In this document: piece by piece, positions 41,167 to 41,378 of the stretch
Numbering within the stretch: position 1 is the stretch's first letter
Layout: each line of letters begins with the position of its first letter
Assembly: GCA_965205945.1 (NCBI GenBank)
Contig: CBDBIB010000005.1
Location: forward strand, 1-41,378
Origin: Bdellovibrionales bacterium
Lineage (GTDB): Bacteria; Bdellovibrionota; Bdellovibrionia; Bdellovibrionales; UBA1609
Direction of reading: 5' to 3'
DNA length: 41,378 bases
Notes under the pieces: generated by a model
What the model was told of the DNA's origin: nothing
The model's input: only the letters and a program-made list of their open reading frames with translations
Databases searched by the model: none
Translations under genes and position numbers: made by a program

Positions 41167-41378
41167 GCATATGCACTTAACTACACTAACAGGGTATTTT
41201 AGACATATCAGTCTTAAAATATCCTAAAAACCTACGAGAATTTGATCAAATGCTTGGCTTTTCTTAAGGAGCAGCGTTGGGGTAAAAACTTTAAATGCCA
41301 GGCCTGTGGCAACAACACATACTGGTTAATTTCAACTAGACTTTGCAAATGTAAAACTTGTCTTTTTGCAAATTCAGT
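41167..41378 (+). mobile_element. IS1595-family transposase 5' remnant (frameshifted), runs off the window
   Basis: KYPKNLREFDQM, then in a shifted frame CLAFLKEQRWGKNFKCQACG...CKCKTCLFANSV (zinc ribbon). Possible end GCATATGCACTTAACT at 41167. Confidence 0.78.

Overview
AT-rich bacterial chromosome window. Gene content and order (lepA-lepB-lepB, short ComEC, TPR-efp, tamB-tamA, 'KVIYGDD' trypsin) suggest a Bdellovibrionota-like organism; this is an inference. Most of the window is housekeeping: cmk-rpsA-HIT-rhomboid; metK-lepA-lepB-lepB; hpf; ogt; prs-rplY-pth-ychF; LysM-dprA/comEC; ald; lpxC; efp; tamB-tamA; a serine protease. The unusual part is a family of Cys-paired, Ig-like repeat surface lipoproteins. 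(i) A giant gene missed by the ORF track (4052 to <1, minus strand, at least 1350 codons) contains about 3.4 nearly identical 837-bp tandem units. (ii) An 851-aa paralog ends in an FGE-sulfatase/C-type-lectin-like domain. (iii) An 88-bp relic of a third copy lies at 24.7 kb. The 851-aa paralog sits inside a 5.38-kb segment (8706-14085) bounded by IS66-type inverted repeats and a perfect 8-bp target duplication (ATTTAAAC). That segment has lost tnpB/tnpC and holds nested remnants of IS256, IS3, IS982, IS5/IS903 and an IS50-like IS4 that landed inside the IS66 end itself. No rRNA, tRNA, CRISPR array, reverse transcriptase or DGR template repeat was seen.
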